A stretch of 64,000 nt of DNA from Thecamonas trahens ATCC 50062 (lineage: Eukaryota; Protista; Apusomonadida), in NCBI RefSeq assembly GCF_000142905.1, contig NW_013657667.1:6801-70800 (forward strand), read 5' to 3'. Shown piece by piece: positions 47,179 through 58,321 of the stretch. The position numbers and the translations under genes are program-made. Position 1 is the stretch's first letter. Every line of letters starts with the position of its first letter. The notes beneath the pieces were generated by a model. That model had not been told where the DNA came from, did no database searches, and worked only from the letters and a program-made list of their open reading frames with translations.

Positions 47179-47516
47179 TTCCCCCCCCCCTTCTCCCCCA
47201 CACCCATTTATCGTTCCCACCTCACACTCACGCCATGTCACGTGCGCCACTCACACTCCCGTACCCATACCCCCTCCCCCCTCCCCCCACCCCCCACCCC
47301 CTCATCTCCTCATCCAGCACGTTCCTCAACCTCACCTGTGAAGAACTTTGTGTGTACCTCCCCACACACTCGCAACGTGTGTGTGCGTGAGAGTGAGAGC
47401 GCGCACCTGTCCGTGTGAGCGTGATTGTTGGTCGCCTCTCCCTCCCTCCCCTCCCCTCCCATCCCATCCCATCCCATCCCCTCCTCTGTCCCCTGTACTG
47501 GCAGTATCCGTTGCAT

Positions 47517-50457
47517 ATGAGTGGCAAGGCTGGTAGTGGCGGATCAAAACCGTCATGGGCTTCCGTGGCCGTCGACTCTGTTCTCGAGCCGCAGCTCCCG
47601 CCGCCGGGCATTCCGCAGACAGCCGCGGTCAAGCCGAGTGGTGAGAGTAGCGGCAAGGTCATGTCGTTGGCAGATCGCAAGATGAGGCGACAGAGGAACA
47701 AGCGCTCGTCGTGGACTGGCTCCGGCTCGTTTGCGCTCCCGCCGCGGCCGGATGGCAGCGCCCCGGCCACGCGGTCGGCCACTGGCACACGGGCGGTCGT
47801 GACGAAGCGGCCGAGGGCCAACACTGGCGCACTGCCGCTGCCCAAGCTCGACCAGATGCAGCCGCCGCCTCGCCGCAACGGTCGCGGTGGACGCGGTCGG
47901 CGGCGCGACGGGTCGTCTGGTGGCTCGCGTTCGCGCTCGGGCACTCGATCGCAATCGGGCTCCAAGTCGCGGACTAAGGTCTCCAACTTTGCTCCTTTTG
48001 TGCATGTCGAGCCGCAAGCGGCAACCTCGCAGTCGCCGTCGCGGTCGATCTCGGCATCGCGCTCGCGCTCGCGCTCCAAGTCAAACTCACGGTCGCGGTC
48101 GCGACCCGGCCTCGAGGACCACCTTCTGCGGGTGACTGAGGACAACGGCAACGGCGACGACAGTGGCGCGCCGCCGCGCCGCAAGCGAACCATCTCATTT
48201 TCGTCGCAGCAGAAGCTGAGTCTGGTGTTCAACCCTACGACCGGCAAGACCCGAACAGCAGCGGTCGACGCGCCTGACAGCGAGGCGGTTGACGGCGAGC
48301 TGGTCATCATCCGGCCCGAGCCGCCGAGCGCCGACGGTGACGCCGCCACCGCCGGTGGAACTGACGACGCCGACGTCGACCTTCAGCTCGCCGCCAGTGA
48401 GCAGGCCGAGATGGCGCTCGCCTTTGAATGGGAGTTCTGGTTTGACGAGTGCTGCCCCAAGGGCATCTCCAAGGAGGCGTACGAGGCCTCGATCAAGTCG
48501 TGGGGCACATTTAGCTCCATCCAGGGATTTTGGCGGTACTGGAACAACATGGTCGACGTCCACTTTCTGCCGACCTACTGCAACCTGCGTATGTTCAAGG
48601 CAGGCATCAAGCCGCTGTGGGAGGATCCCGCAAACACCAACGGCGGGCGGTTTGTCATCCGCTTCCCTGACGGCTCCGGCCGCGAAATCATCAAGTGGGT
48701 CTGGGCCGAGGTCGTCCTCGCCGTCATTGGCTCCACCATTCCACACTGCGAGGAGCTGTGCGGCATTGTCCTCCAGATCCGGCCCAAGTACAACTCGATC
48801 GCCATCTGGACGACCAACGCCTCGGCCAAGGACAAGATTGCAGAAATGGAAGCCGTATTCCCGTCCCTTTTCCGCCTTCCCAAGCGCGTCTCCCTCGCCT
48901 ACCAGGTCAACCAGACCGCACTCGCCTACAACAAGAACTTTGTTCCGCTCAACAAGCGCTCGGCCCGCCGCCACAACCACGCCGCCGGTGCCGCCGCTGG
49001 GCCGAGGACTGGCAAGCGAGCCTCCGTCTCTGGCCCGGTCGTGCGGAGCCGTGGCCTCGGTGACGACTCGACGTCGCCGCCGCCGCGCGGCCGCACTGCC
49101 AACTCGCTTGTCCCTCCGGCTCCCCGTGCAGCGTCGATCTCGCCCAAGCGTGCCAACCCACCGCCGGTCCGCGTCTCCGGCCGCTCGCCAACCAAGCCGG
49201 TGGACATTCCCCGCGAGCTTCCGATCTCGGTCCCCGCTCCCGCTGATCCTGTGTCTACAAGCCCGCTAGGCTCGTCGCCGAGCTCGAGCTCGGCGTCTCC
49301 CGCCAAGTCCAAGTCGAAGACCAAGGACAAGGACAAGGACAAGGACAAGGACAAGGACAAGGACAAGAAGAAGAAAAAGGACAAGGACAAGGCAAAGTCC
49401 AAGACAAAGTCCAAGGCCAAGCCCGCCACGCCAACGGCAGGCACCCCGCGCGCCGACGGTGTGGTGGCTGAGCTGCTATCGCGCGACAAGCCGCCGTCGG
49501 CGGCAGACCTCCGTGCAGCCGCCGGTCTCGACTCGGCCATTCCGGAGCGAACGTCTTCGCTGGACGCACTGATGCTGAAGGCGCTAGCGACTCCGGCCTG
49601 GAAGACCAAGAAGAAGAAAGATGTGGCCACCTCGCCTGTGGCTTCACCGTCGGCCCGTCCATCCGCCTCCGGTACCGCCTCTCCGCTTGCCCGCTCGGCC
49701 CGCTCGCTACCCAACATCACGTCGGCCCGCGACGGCCTTGTCCTCGCAACGTCCTCGTCTAGCACGCTCAACAAGAGCAACATCGAGGTCGAGCTCGGCG
49801 CTGACGACCTCGCGTTTGTCCTTGACGACGCTGTCGCCCCCGCCGAGCACTGGGACCCCGAGGCCGACGACCCCGAATCGCGCCCGGTCTCGCCGGTCGG
49901 CTTCACCCCGCCCTCGGGCGTCTTGGTGGGTGCCGGCTCGCCCGAGCTCCCGGCCGCACCCGACAAGGTCATCTCGGCGCTGGAAGCGTTGCTTGTCGCC
50001 GGCGTCGCCGGCCCACCCGCCGCCGCCCCGTTGCGCACCACCTCGCTGATGCCGCAGACCCAGACCGTGTCCGAGCCCGAGCCCGAGCCCAAGTCCAAAC
50101 CTGAGCCCAAGTCCAAACCTGAGCCCAAGTCCAAGCCCAACTCGGCGCCCGAGCCGGTGCCAGACTCGGCGCCCGCGCCAGCAAAGGACGACAAGCCCGC
50201 CAAGCCGACAAAGAGCTCGGAGTCTCAAGCCCGATCAAAGCCGCACGGTGGCAAGCGAAGAAAGGCCAACAAGACTCGCCATACACCCACCTCGGATGAG
50301 GAGCTGCTGACCAAGACCCAGGGTGCAGCCTCGGGCGTCTCGCCGGCCGTCCTTGCCGGCACAATCGCCGGCACAATCGCCACCGCCCTTGTCGGTCTTT
50401 GCCTTTGGTCTCATCCCGCTCGGAACCGACGCCATGGCGCAGGCACAAGAGCTGTAG
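47517..50457 (+). CDS. eIF4E-family cap-binding domain protein with long RS/P/KD-rich extensions and a C-terminal hydrophobic segment (5' end and stop uncertain)
   Basis: eIF4E core: WEFWFD..FSSIQGFWRYWNN..FKAGIKPLWEDPANTNGGRF..WAEVVLAVIG..LCGIV..IAIW. Removing one T at ~50398-50400 gives ..LVGLAFGLIPLG..QEL*. Confidence 0.78.
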
Positions 50458-50670
50458 TCGCATCCGCATCCCCCCCCCCCTCCCTCTTCTTCTGCCCCAC
50501 TCCCCCGTTTGAGGACGTACGCGTACGCATTGAACCCACCAGATCGGCCTTGACGCTCCGTGGCAGCGGCAGAGCTGCGCCCATCCATCCATCTCCGGAG
50601 GCGACAAGACCCAACTCGCACCCCTCTACGCCAGCGCTAGTACAGAGACGTCTTGTATCTGGAAGCAGCA

Positions 50671-53430
50671 ATGGGCAAGAGCGGAGGTAGTCGCTGGGGA
50701 GCCATCCAGCAGCGGAAGAGGCAGCGCGAGGAGAATGAGGCCCATGAGCTGGCCATGGACGACGGCTTGGTCGAGGGCCTGTATCCGAGTGGCGGACATG
50801 GTGCAAAGTCATCAACACCATCCATGTCGTCCATGCTGCCCATGGTGGAAATGGAGCCCAAGCGGAAGAAGCCACGTGGACTCAAGCGCAAGATCAAGTC
50901 CAAGAAGGCCAAGTCCCACAAGGCCGTCGCCAAGAAGGGCTCGGGCAAGAAGTACACCATTCTCCGCCCGGTAGACTCGGACGACGAGTCAGACCTCTCG
51001 TCGTCGGCCTCGGACTCGAGCTCGGAGACCTTCCGATTTGCGGGGAACGAGACCGGCGATGGTAAGAGTGGTCGCAATCGCCTGATGGGCGAAAGGATCG
51101 GCGGCGGACGGTCGTCGGTCGCCAAGCTCGTCCAGGTCATCCAGGATGCGCGGTCAAAGTCGGAGAGCGAGGGCGAGAGCGACGACGACGGTTCCGACGA
51201 CTCGTTTGATGTCAACGATGCCCTAGATGCGCTCGACGAGCTCAAGGAGCAAGTCGGCGGCGATCTATTGGCAACAGACTCGGGCGACGATGGGTCGGCG
51301 AGCGCGTCGGGTGACGACGACGAGGATGACGCCGCGATCGAGGCCGCTGTGGTCGGCGCAACAGCAGGTTCCGAGCTTGACGACGACCAGGTCGCGCCCG
51401 GCGACGACCATGACGGTAGTGGCGGCGAGGATGCTAATGATGCTGTCGCCGAGGATGCGCCTGCAGAGGGTGATGAGCGGCTGAAGAACAAGTTGCCGGC
51501 CGACGACCCGTTCCGCAAGTTTATCGAGACCGACCTCGTCCACAACGACATCGAGGACATGCAAAGGGTGACGGTGCGAAGTGCGAGCGAGGCGCCGGAC
51601 AAGGACATGACATCGCTGGGCAAGATTCACTACGATGCAGATACAGTCGACATCAAGGCGCTGGCGGCATGTGAGATCGGCGTCGACCATCCGCAGTTTG
51701 CTGTCTCGCCCGCCCTTCTCCCGGGCTGGGCCGAGTACACTCAAACTGCGGGCGCGCTGACCGAGGAGCAGCGTGTGGTTCTCGGCACAGTAAGCAGCTA
51801 CTCGGACATGCTTGTGGCCTCGCCGGCGCTCGACGACATCGACGTCCGCGACGAAGTGACCGATGCAGTCCTGCTTCATGCGCTCTCGCACGCGGTCAAG
51901 GGCTGGCACGGAGTCCGCGCAAACAACGCCAAACTGGCCGCCAAGGCTGCGCGGCGCGAGGCGCGGGCCAAGGCCCGCAAGGCGCGGGCCAAGGCGCGGG
52001 CGCTCAACAAGGCCGCGGCCGGGTTCAAGAACTCCGGCTCGGGCTCGGGTTCAGGTTCAGGCTCGGGCAACGCCAACGGCGCCGGCTCCGATTCGTCCGA
52101 TTCCGACTCGTCGTACTCGTCAGACGAGGACTCGGACGACGACGCGCTGCGTGACCAGGGCTACACGCGGGCACGGGTGCTGATTGTGACGCCGATGCGG
52201 AACCGTGCAATGCGAATTGTGCACACGCTGTTGGCGCTGATGCCGGGCACGTCGGTGAGCGAGGGCAAGAACGTGGTCAAGCTCGACTCGTTCACCAAAG
52301 AGTATGCCGGCGAGCCGGACACAAGCGAGCAGTTTGCGGCCAAGCCGCTCGACTACCAAGAGCTGTTTGACGGCAACACCGATGACTCGTTTTGCTGTGG
52401 CATCCGGTTCCTGGGGCGGAGCGTGCAGTTGATGGCGCCGCTGTACTCGGCTGACATCATTGTGGCCTCGCCACTCGGGCTTCGTCTGCTGACCAAGACA
52501 AGCGAGGACACAACGTCGCGGCGCAACTATGACTTTCTCTCGTCAATCGAGCTGCTTGTGGTGGAGAGCGCACACGTGCTGCTGATGCAGAACTGGGAGC
52601 ATCTGACAACAGTGCTCGAGGTGACCAACGCGCCGCTGCTCCGGCCGCGCGATACGGACTACTCGCGGGTTCGTAACTACTTTTTGGACCTCCTTGCCAA
52701 GCACTACCGGCAGACGATTGTGCTGTCGGCGGTGGCCGCTCCGCAAGTGCTCGCCCTCTTCAACAACGCTTCGCTGTGTGGCAACAACCGGGCCGGGAAG
52801 CAGGCGGTCTATGCGCTGCCGCCCAAGATCAAGCTCGGCTCCATCTCGTCGGTCCTCCTCCCGATCGACCAGGTCTTTGTCCGCATTCCGCTTGCGCTCT
52901 CAGAGCTCGCATCGGAGCCCGACGTTCGTTTCCAGGCCTTTGTTGAGACCGTCTGGCCCGAGCTGGTCAAGGTCCGCGAATCGCAGGGCGGAACGGTGGC
53001 GATCTACATCCCGTCGTACTTTGACTTTGTCCGAGTCCGCAACCACCTCGTGGCCGAGAGCGCCAAGTTTGAGGTCATCTCCGAGTACTCGACACTCTCA
53101 CAGGTTGCGCGCGCGCGGTCCAAGTTCTACCATCACGAGACCCACTTTCTGCTCTTCACCGAGCGCTTCTACTTTTATCTCCGCTACCGCATCCGCGGCA
53201 TCTCACGCCTGGTCTTCTACGCCCCGCCGACCTTTGCCCGCTTCTATCCCGAGCTCATCAACGACATGGAGTCCGAGTCCGATCCGCTCGCCACCGCCGC
53301 CCTCCTCGCCACCCGCAAGGTCTGGACCCTCTACACCATCGCCGACAAGCACCGCCTGCTTCCGATCCTCGGCAGCGGAAACTACAAGGCCGTGACAAAG
53401 AGCGCCAAGCGGACCCACCTCTTCGCATAA
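50671..53430 (+). CDS. UTP25: U3 snoRNA-associated protein 25 (Def/DIEXF)
   Basis: Motifs RDQGYTRARVLI, FDGNTDDSF..G, YSADIIVASPLGLR, DFLSSIE, MQNWEHL, YIPSYFDFVRVRN, TERFYFYLRYRIRG. Confidence 0.93.
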   Translation: MGKSGGSRWGAIQQRKRQREENEAHELAMDDGLVEGLYPSGGHGAKSSTPSMSSMLPMVEMEPKRKKPRGLKRKIKSKKAKSHKAVAKKGSGKKYTILRPVDSDDESDLSSSASDSSSETFRFAGNETGDGKSGRNRLMGERIGGGRSSVAKLVQVIQDARSKSESEGESDDDGSDDSFDVNDALDALDELKEQVGGDLLATDSGDDGSASASGDDDEDDAAIEAAVVGATAGSELDDDQVAPGDDHDGSGGEDANDAVAEDAPAEGDERLKNKLPADDPFRKFIETDLVHNDIEDMQRVTVRSASEAPDKDMTSLGKIHYDADTVDIKALAACEIGVDHPQFAVSPALLPGWAEYTQTAGALTEEQRVVLGTVSSYSDMLVASPALDDIDVRDEVTDAVLLHALSHAVKGWHGVRANNAKLAAKAARREARAKARKARAKARALNKAAAGFKNSGSGSGSGSGSGNANGAGSDSSDSDSSYSSDEDSDDDALRDQGYTRARVLIVTPMRNRAMRIVHTLLALMPGTSVSEGKNVVKLDSFTKEYAGEPDTSEQFAAKPLDYQELFDGNTDDSFCCGIRFLGRSVQLMAPLYSADIIVASPLGLRLLTKTSEDTTSRRNYDFLSSIELLVVESAHVLLMQNWEHLTTVLEVTNAPLLRPRDTDYSRVRNYFLDLLAKHYRQTIVLSAVAAPQVLALFNNASLCGNNRAGKQAVYALPPKIKLGSISSVLLPIDQVFVRIPLALSELASEPDVRFQAFVETVWPELVKVRESQGGTVAIYIPSYFDFVRVRNHLVAESAKFEVISEYSTLSQVARARSKFYHHETHFLLFTERFYFYLRYRIRGISRLVFYAPPTFARFYPELINDMESESDPLATAALLATRKVWTLYTIADKHRLLPILGSGNYKAVTKSAKRTHLFA

Positions 53431-53836
53431 AGCAGACAACCATAGAGTCATGATTGCCAGTCATGGTGTGCGCTCACATCGGAAGCTTCCGCCTGCAAAC
53501 GAGTACCATTGGCGATGGCGCGCGGTAGCGCGGTAGCGTGCGATAGCGTGCGATAGCGCCCGATACCTTGCGGCCATGTGAGGTAGCGTGCGTATATGCA
53601 ACAACGTATGATCAAATCCCAGAGATGGCATCAATCCACAGAGGTGCGTATAACGGGCCCTTGACCAAGCGCCGGACGGGCATGGTTGGGAGAAGGCGCG
53701 AGAGCGCAGGACGGACGGGCCTAGCCGGGCCGAGCTGAGCCTAGCGACCCGAGTCGGACAGAGCGAAGGAGAGGACACTCAACTCGGTACATTCAAAGGA
53801 GGGAAGGGTTTGGCAAGGACGTGAGGTTGTATCACC

Positions 53837-55858
53837 ATGGCAGCAACAAAGACGGAGGCCAAGTCCCCGGATGAAGTCATGCCCATGGGCGCCGAGTGTG
53901 TGGGCAGGCGAGTCCAGAGTCGCAAGAACGACTGGCGGGGTACCATCCGGTTCTTTGGAAAGGTCCCGCCCACGCCACGTACGCAACGAGTGGGCATAGG
54001 CATAGGCATGGGCAGGGGAGAGAAGAGGGAGGTGATGGAGGTGATGGAGGTGATGGAGATTGGGGAAGTGGTGAGACGGTGGACTGCCATGATCGCATCA
54101 GAGGGGGTCATCCTGATCCTGTCGGTGCTGCCGCTGAGGCTGGGGCTGGAGTCATAGTCGATGTAATGGTACTACCGCATGCAGTGTCGATCGCCGCGAG
54201 CTCTGTCATTGTCATGCTGCCGTGTGTAAGTACCATGGCCGCCATGGTGGCGTTCGTCGCGGCATGGGCGAACGATATTAACTCACACGCTGCTTGCAGA
54301 CGACTGGTATGGCATCGAGTGGGATGACCCGTCTCGCGGGAAGCACTCGGGATGCCACGAGGGCGTCAAGTACTTTGATGTGGCACAGGACGGTGCAGGC
54401 TCGTTTGTCAAGGCCAGCAAGCTCGCGAGCAAGTTTGTCTTTGGCCGGTCGTTTGCCGATGCCTTTGCGGAGCGCTACGAACAGGCGCTTGATCACGCAC
54501 CGGTCGAGCGGACCATCGATGAGGCTGTCAAGCCCGGCGATGACATGTCTATTTTGTCAACAACACGGGCGGTGGCTGTCGAGTTTGTTGGCGCAGCCAA
54601 GATATCCACTCGCCTCTCCAAGCTCGAGGCGCTCGACAAGGTTGGCCTCGTTCGCGAGCAGGTCGCAAGCGCCGGTGTGCTCGGTCACCTCGCCGGCCGG
54701 CTTGATGCCGTTCGAACCCTCGACCTCGCCTGTAATCTGCTCACCTCGTTTGACGACGTCGCTGCCATCGCCGCCATCCTCCCCGCCCTCGTCGAGCTCG
54801 GCGTCGCCGATAACCGCTTTGACGAGTCGCGTGCCCACGCCGGCGATGCTATCCCGCTTCCCGGCCTCGAGATCTTGGTCGTCAACCGGTGTCGACTGGG
54901 CCTTGCTGCCGTCGCGCAGCTGGCTGCTCGCCACCAGATGGCATCACTCCGTGAGCTGCACATGGTCGAGTCCGGTCTGACCACGCTCGACGCAGACCTC
55001 GGTGGGCTCGGTGCCTCACTGCGGCTCCTCGACCTCTCGTACAATCCGCTGACATGGGCTGGCCTCGCCCCGGCGCTTCGCGCACTCCCACACCTCTCCA
55101 CGCTCGTCCTCGCTCACACAGACCTTGACAGTCTTGACCCGGCGCTCGGCGTCCTCCCGCCAATGCTCACCTCGCTCTCGCTGGCGTGGAGCAAGGTAGC
55201 GTCGCCGGATGTCCTTATTGTCCTTGCCGGCCTCGGCACCCTCACCCACCTCCGCCTTCACTCGACGCCGCTCGATGCCCTGCCGCTCGGTGACGCCGCG
55301 CTCTCGGTCCGGGTCCTGGTCCTGGCACTGATGCCGGGCCTCGAAGTCTTCAATGGCGGCTCGCGCATCTCCAACAAGGAGCGGAGCCAGGCCGAGCGGA
55401 CCTTTGTCAAGTACGCCGACTCCCTTGTGGCATGCGAGCTCCGGTCGGCCTTTCTCGCCCGCGCCGGAGAGCTGGCCGCCAAGCATCCAGACGTGATCGA
55501 GGAGGCGGCCAAGGCCGCAACTCTGCCGCCGGCGTCGATGCTCCCAACCGCAGGCTCCGGTCGTGCCGGCCTTACCCTCGTCTACGGTGAGGCAACCAAG
55601 AGTAAGCGGCTCAAACTCTCGACCCAGATCGCCAAGCTGCGGACACTCATCGGCCGGCTCTTTACCGTCGCAGTCGTCGACCTCGAGGGCCTGCACCTGG
55701 TCTACTCGCACCCGTCAGCGCCGGGCGTCCACTATGCTCTCGACGACTCGCTCGTCGACCTCGGGTTCTACAACGTCGAGGACGGCGGAGTCATCGAGCT
55801 CTGCGAGGACGCGCCGATCGAGCAGGCGTACAGCATTCATTCCGGTGCGCTGGCATGA
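53837..55858 (+). CDS. TBCE: Tubulin-folding cofactor E (CAP-Gly + LRR + UBL). Exon1 53837-53978, intron 53979-54299
   Basis: The GTACGC..CAG splice gives [32 protein letters not shown]..GVKYF. LRRs follow, then ERSQAER and a C-terminal UBL (DLGFYNVEDG). Confidence 0.9.
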
Positions 55859-55867
55859 GTGCCGCGC

Positions 55868-57700
55868 TCACGACTTGAGGTCCGAGAGCCAGAGCTCGGC
55901 GAGCCGGTTGTAGCGGTGGCTCGGCTCGCCGTCGTCGTCCTCGCGCGCCGTAAGCCCGTGCTCGTACTCGTAGTACACCCGCATGGCGTCGATAAACTCG
56001 TCACGCGTGATTGGATCGGTCGCCTTGATCCGGCTCGGCGTGGTCGGCCGCGGGCGACTCGGGTCCTCCGCCGCCAGCTCGCGCTCGCGCAGATACTCTT
56101 GCCGCTGCTGCTTGCGCATCCGCCGGTAGCGGACCCGCCGGATGAGCTCCCACAGTCGCGGGTACTGCTCCACCGTGTCGTCGATGAGCGATCGCAGCTC
56201 TGAGATCGAGATCCGACCGTCGTGGTCCGAGTCAAACAGGTTGAAGATGGCGCTGACCTCGCTCCGCTCGCTAGTCGAGAGTTCGTACAGCCGCTCGCCA
56301 CCGCCGCCGCCGCCACCGCCACCACCACCATCGCCGACAACCGGGTCGCCGCCGCCAGCGGTGGCCTTGGCCTTCCCCGCGGCTCGCCGACGAGTCCCGT
56401 GCTTGCTTCCGCTAGCACCGCGCCACCGCGACTCGTTGGCGCGCTGCTCCTCCTTGACCGACTCGGCGTACGTGTCCTGCACATACTTGAGCTTCTTGTC
56501 CCAGTGGTCCCACGGCAGCGGAATCGGCTTAAACCGCATCTTCTTGGCATCGTACTCGCGGCGCTGCGATCCAACGTCCGGGTACGAGACTGGAAAGTCG
56601 TAGTTCTTGGCGTAGAACCGCCACGGCTTGCGGTTCGGCCCGGTCACCGACTCTGGCCCATAGTCGACCGACGCGTGCATAACCTGGTCGACCGCCATCC
56701 GCCGAACCGACCGCCGCGCCTTGGCCTCCACATCCGCGCGATGCGAGTGGTATGCTGCCCGCTTGCGTCCAAGCTCGCGCTCGCGCTGCGCCAGCCGAAA
56801 CTGCCGCTGCCGGAGCTGCGTCACAAAGTCAGTGTCGTCAAAGTCGAGGCCGGCAAACTCAGCGTCTACCTCGTCCTCCACTCGCCGCAGCATTTCTTCC
56901 GCGAGGAGCTCATCGTCGTCGTCGTCGCCAGCCCCACCCTGCCCCTCACCCTCGCCGCCGCCATCAGACGTCATCGACCGCTCCATTGTCGCCCCCAGCG
57001 AAGCCACAGAGTCGCCAAACCGTAGCCCTGGCTCGCCGCCCGAGCCCGAAGCCTGTCGCACAAACGAGACCCGCGGCGCCCGGACCTCGTCTGGCGGGAG
57101 CGCAAAGCCAAACATCGCCACGTAGTTATCATCACCGTCGCTCTCGCCCCAAACACCGCTGAGCTCATGCTCATCCGCCACGCCGCCAAGACCCGGGCCT
57201 GCGGGACCAGGATCGGCTGCAGCCACATTATGCATGGCCTCGACCAGCTTGCGATAAATGGCCGACGAAGCGTCCGCCGATCCGCCATGCCCGCTCGAGC
57301 TGCCCCCACCCGCCGCCAGAGACGTCGGAACTGGCGGTGGGCCAGGAGCTCCTGCAGCTCCCGCAGCGCTCGAAGCGCCCGCAACGCCTTGCCTGCCCTC
57401 GCCGGACCGACGACCCGAGCCATAACCTTGTCTTGTTCTCCCCTTGCCCGATCTTGTCCGTGACCTCTCCAGAGCCTCCCATGCCTCCCTCGATGCTGCC
57501 CGCTTCGCCGCCCGTCCCGCCAGCCGCTCCCGGTGCCGAGCTGTGGCCCTGTGCTTGTACGGGTCGACCACCGTCACGGCATCCTCGTCGAGAGGAACCA
57601 GCTCGAGGGGAGCATTCCAGTTACGGTCGGCAATAGCAGGTGCACCGGCTGTAGCCGTCGTCGTCGTTGTCGTCGTCGTCGCTGGTCGTGGGCGCGACAT
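55868..57700 (-). CDS. Hypothetical protein with C-terminal EF-hand
   Basis: 610-aa ORF. Canonical EF loop IFNLFDSDHDGRISISEL and a second partial hand ITRDEFIDAM. Confidence 0.72.
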   Translation of the reverse strand: MSRPRPATTTTTTTTATAGAPAIADRNWNAPLELVPLDEDAVTVVDPYKHRATARHRERLAGRAAKRAASREAWEALERSRTRSGKGRTRQGYGSGRRSGEGRQGVAGASSAAGAAGAPGPPPVPTSLAAGGGSSSGHGGSADASSAIYRKLVEAMHNVAAADPGPAGPGLGGVADEHELSGVWGESDGDDNYVAMFGFALPPDEVRAPRVSFVRQASGSGGEPGLRFGDSVASLGATMERSMTSDGGGEGEGQGGAGDDDDDELLAEEMLRRVEDEVDAEFAGLDFDDTDFVTQLRQRQFRLAQRERELGRKRAAYHSHRADVEAKARRSVRRMAVDQVMHASVDYGPESVTGPNRKPWRFYAKNYDFPVSYPDVGSQRREYDAKKMRFKPIPLPWDHWDKKLKYVQDTYAESVKEEQRANESRWRGASGSKHGTRRRAAGKAKATAGGGDPVVGDGGGGGGGGGGGERLYELSTSERSEVSAIFNLFDSDHDGRISISELRSLIDDTVEQYPRLWELIRRVRYRRMRKQQRQEYLRERELAAEDPSRPRPTTPSRIKATDPITRDEFIDAMRVYYEYEHGLTAREDDDGEPSHRYNRLAELWLSDLKS

Positions 57701-58321
57701 GCCGGCAGAGTCGCGTGTTGTCCCCCCCCTCGCCGCTGCGCCAACGGGTCAGCTGCGCCGCCGACCAACATTCGGCTGTTCGGCCTTGACCCGGCACTGG
57801 GCTGTCACGGCGGTGACAAGAAAAATCACGGTGATGGGCTGTCCCCAAAACGAATCGGTCGCCGCTCGCTGGTCGGATCATCCCATGATCGACCGGCGTA
57901 CGACGCTGCCTCGCGCTGGTAGCTACCGCTTTGGGCTTGGGCTGTGGACTTGTGATGTGGGCACCCGCTGTAGTGGCTCGAGTGCTCGGAAGAAAGATGA
58001 TCGCTGTCCAAGCGCTGGTGCAGACCGCAACAATTATCCGTCGGTACTCGGCACATCAAGACCGGCAACGACAACAGCACGCTGGATCACCATGCGCCTC
58101 CAGTGCCAAGCCATCCAAGCCACGACTCTTTCTCGCTCGCCTCTCCCTATCGCCAGGACGCAGCCTCCCGCCATCGCCTGCTCGCGCCCGCCGCCAAATT
58201 GTTCGCCAGCGGAACGCGCCGAAGCGGCGGCCCGTCACCCAGCCACCGACCCAGCTCGCGGACGCCGTTCCTATCCAGAACCCAAGGTGGGCAGACGTGA
58301 CTCGGCCCATACTCGGCAGTG

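Noticed and set aside
53515-53567. Short degenerate tandem repeat (gcgcggta/gcgtgcgata) upstream of TBCE
   Set aside because: Only a few degenerate units, with no evidence of function or mobility.
2446-58238. CGTCAC/GTGACG hexamer in several intergenic regions (2446, 8973, 12364, 13082, 13352, 42154, 42312, 58233)
   Set aside because: The hexamer is common in GC-rich DNA, including coding sequence here. Enrichment cannot be established by eye.
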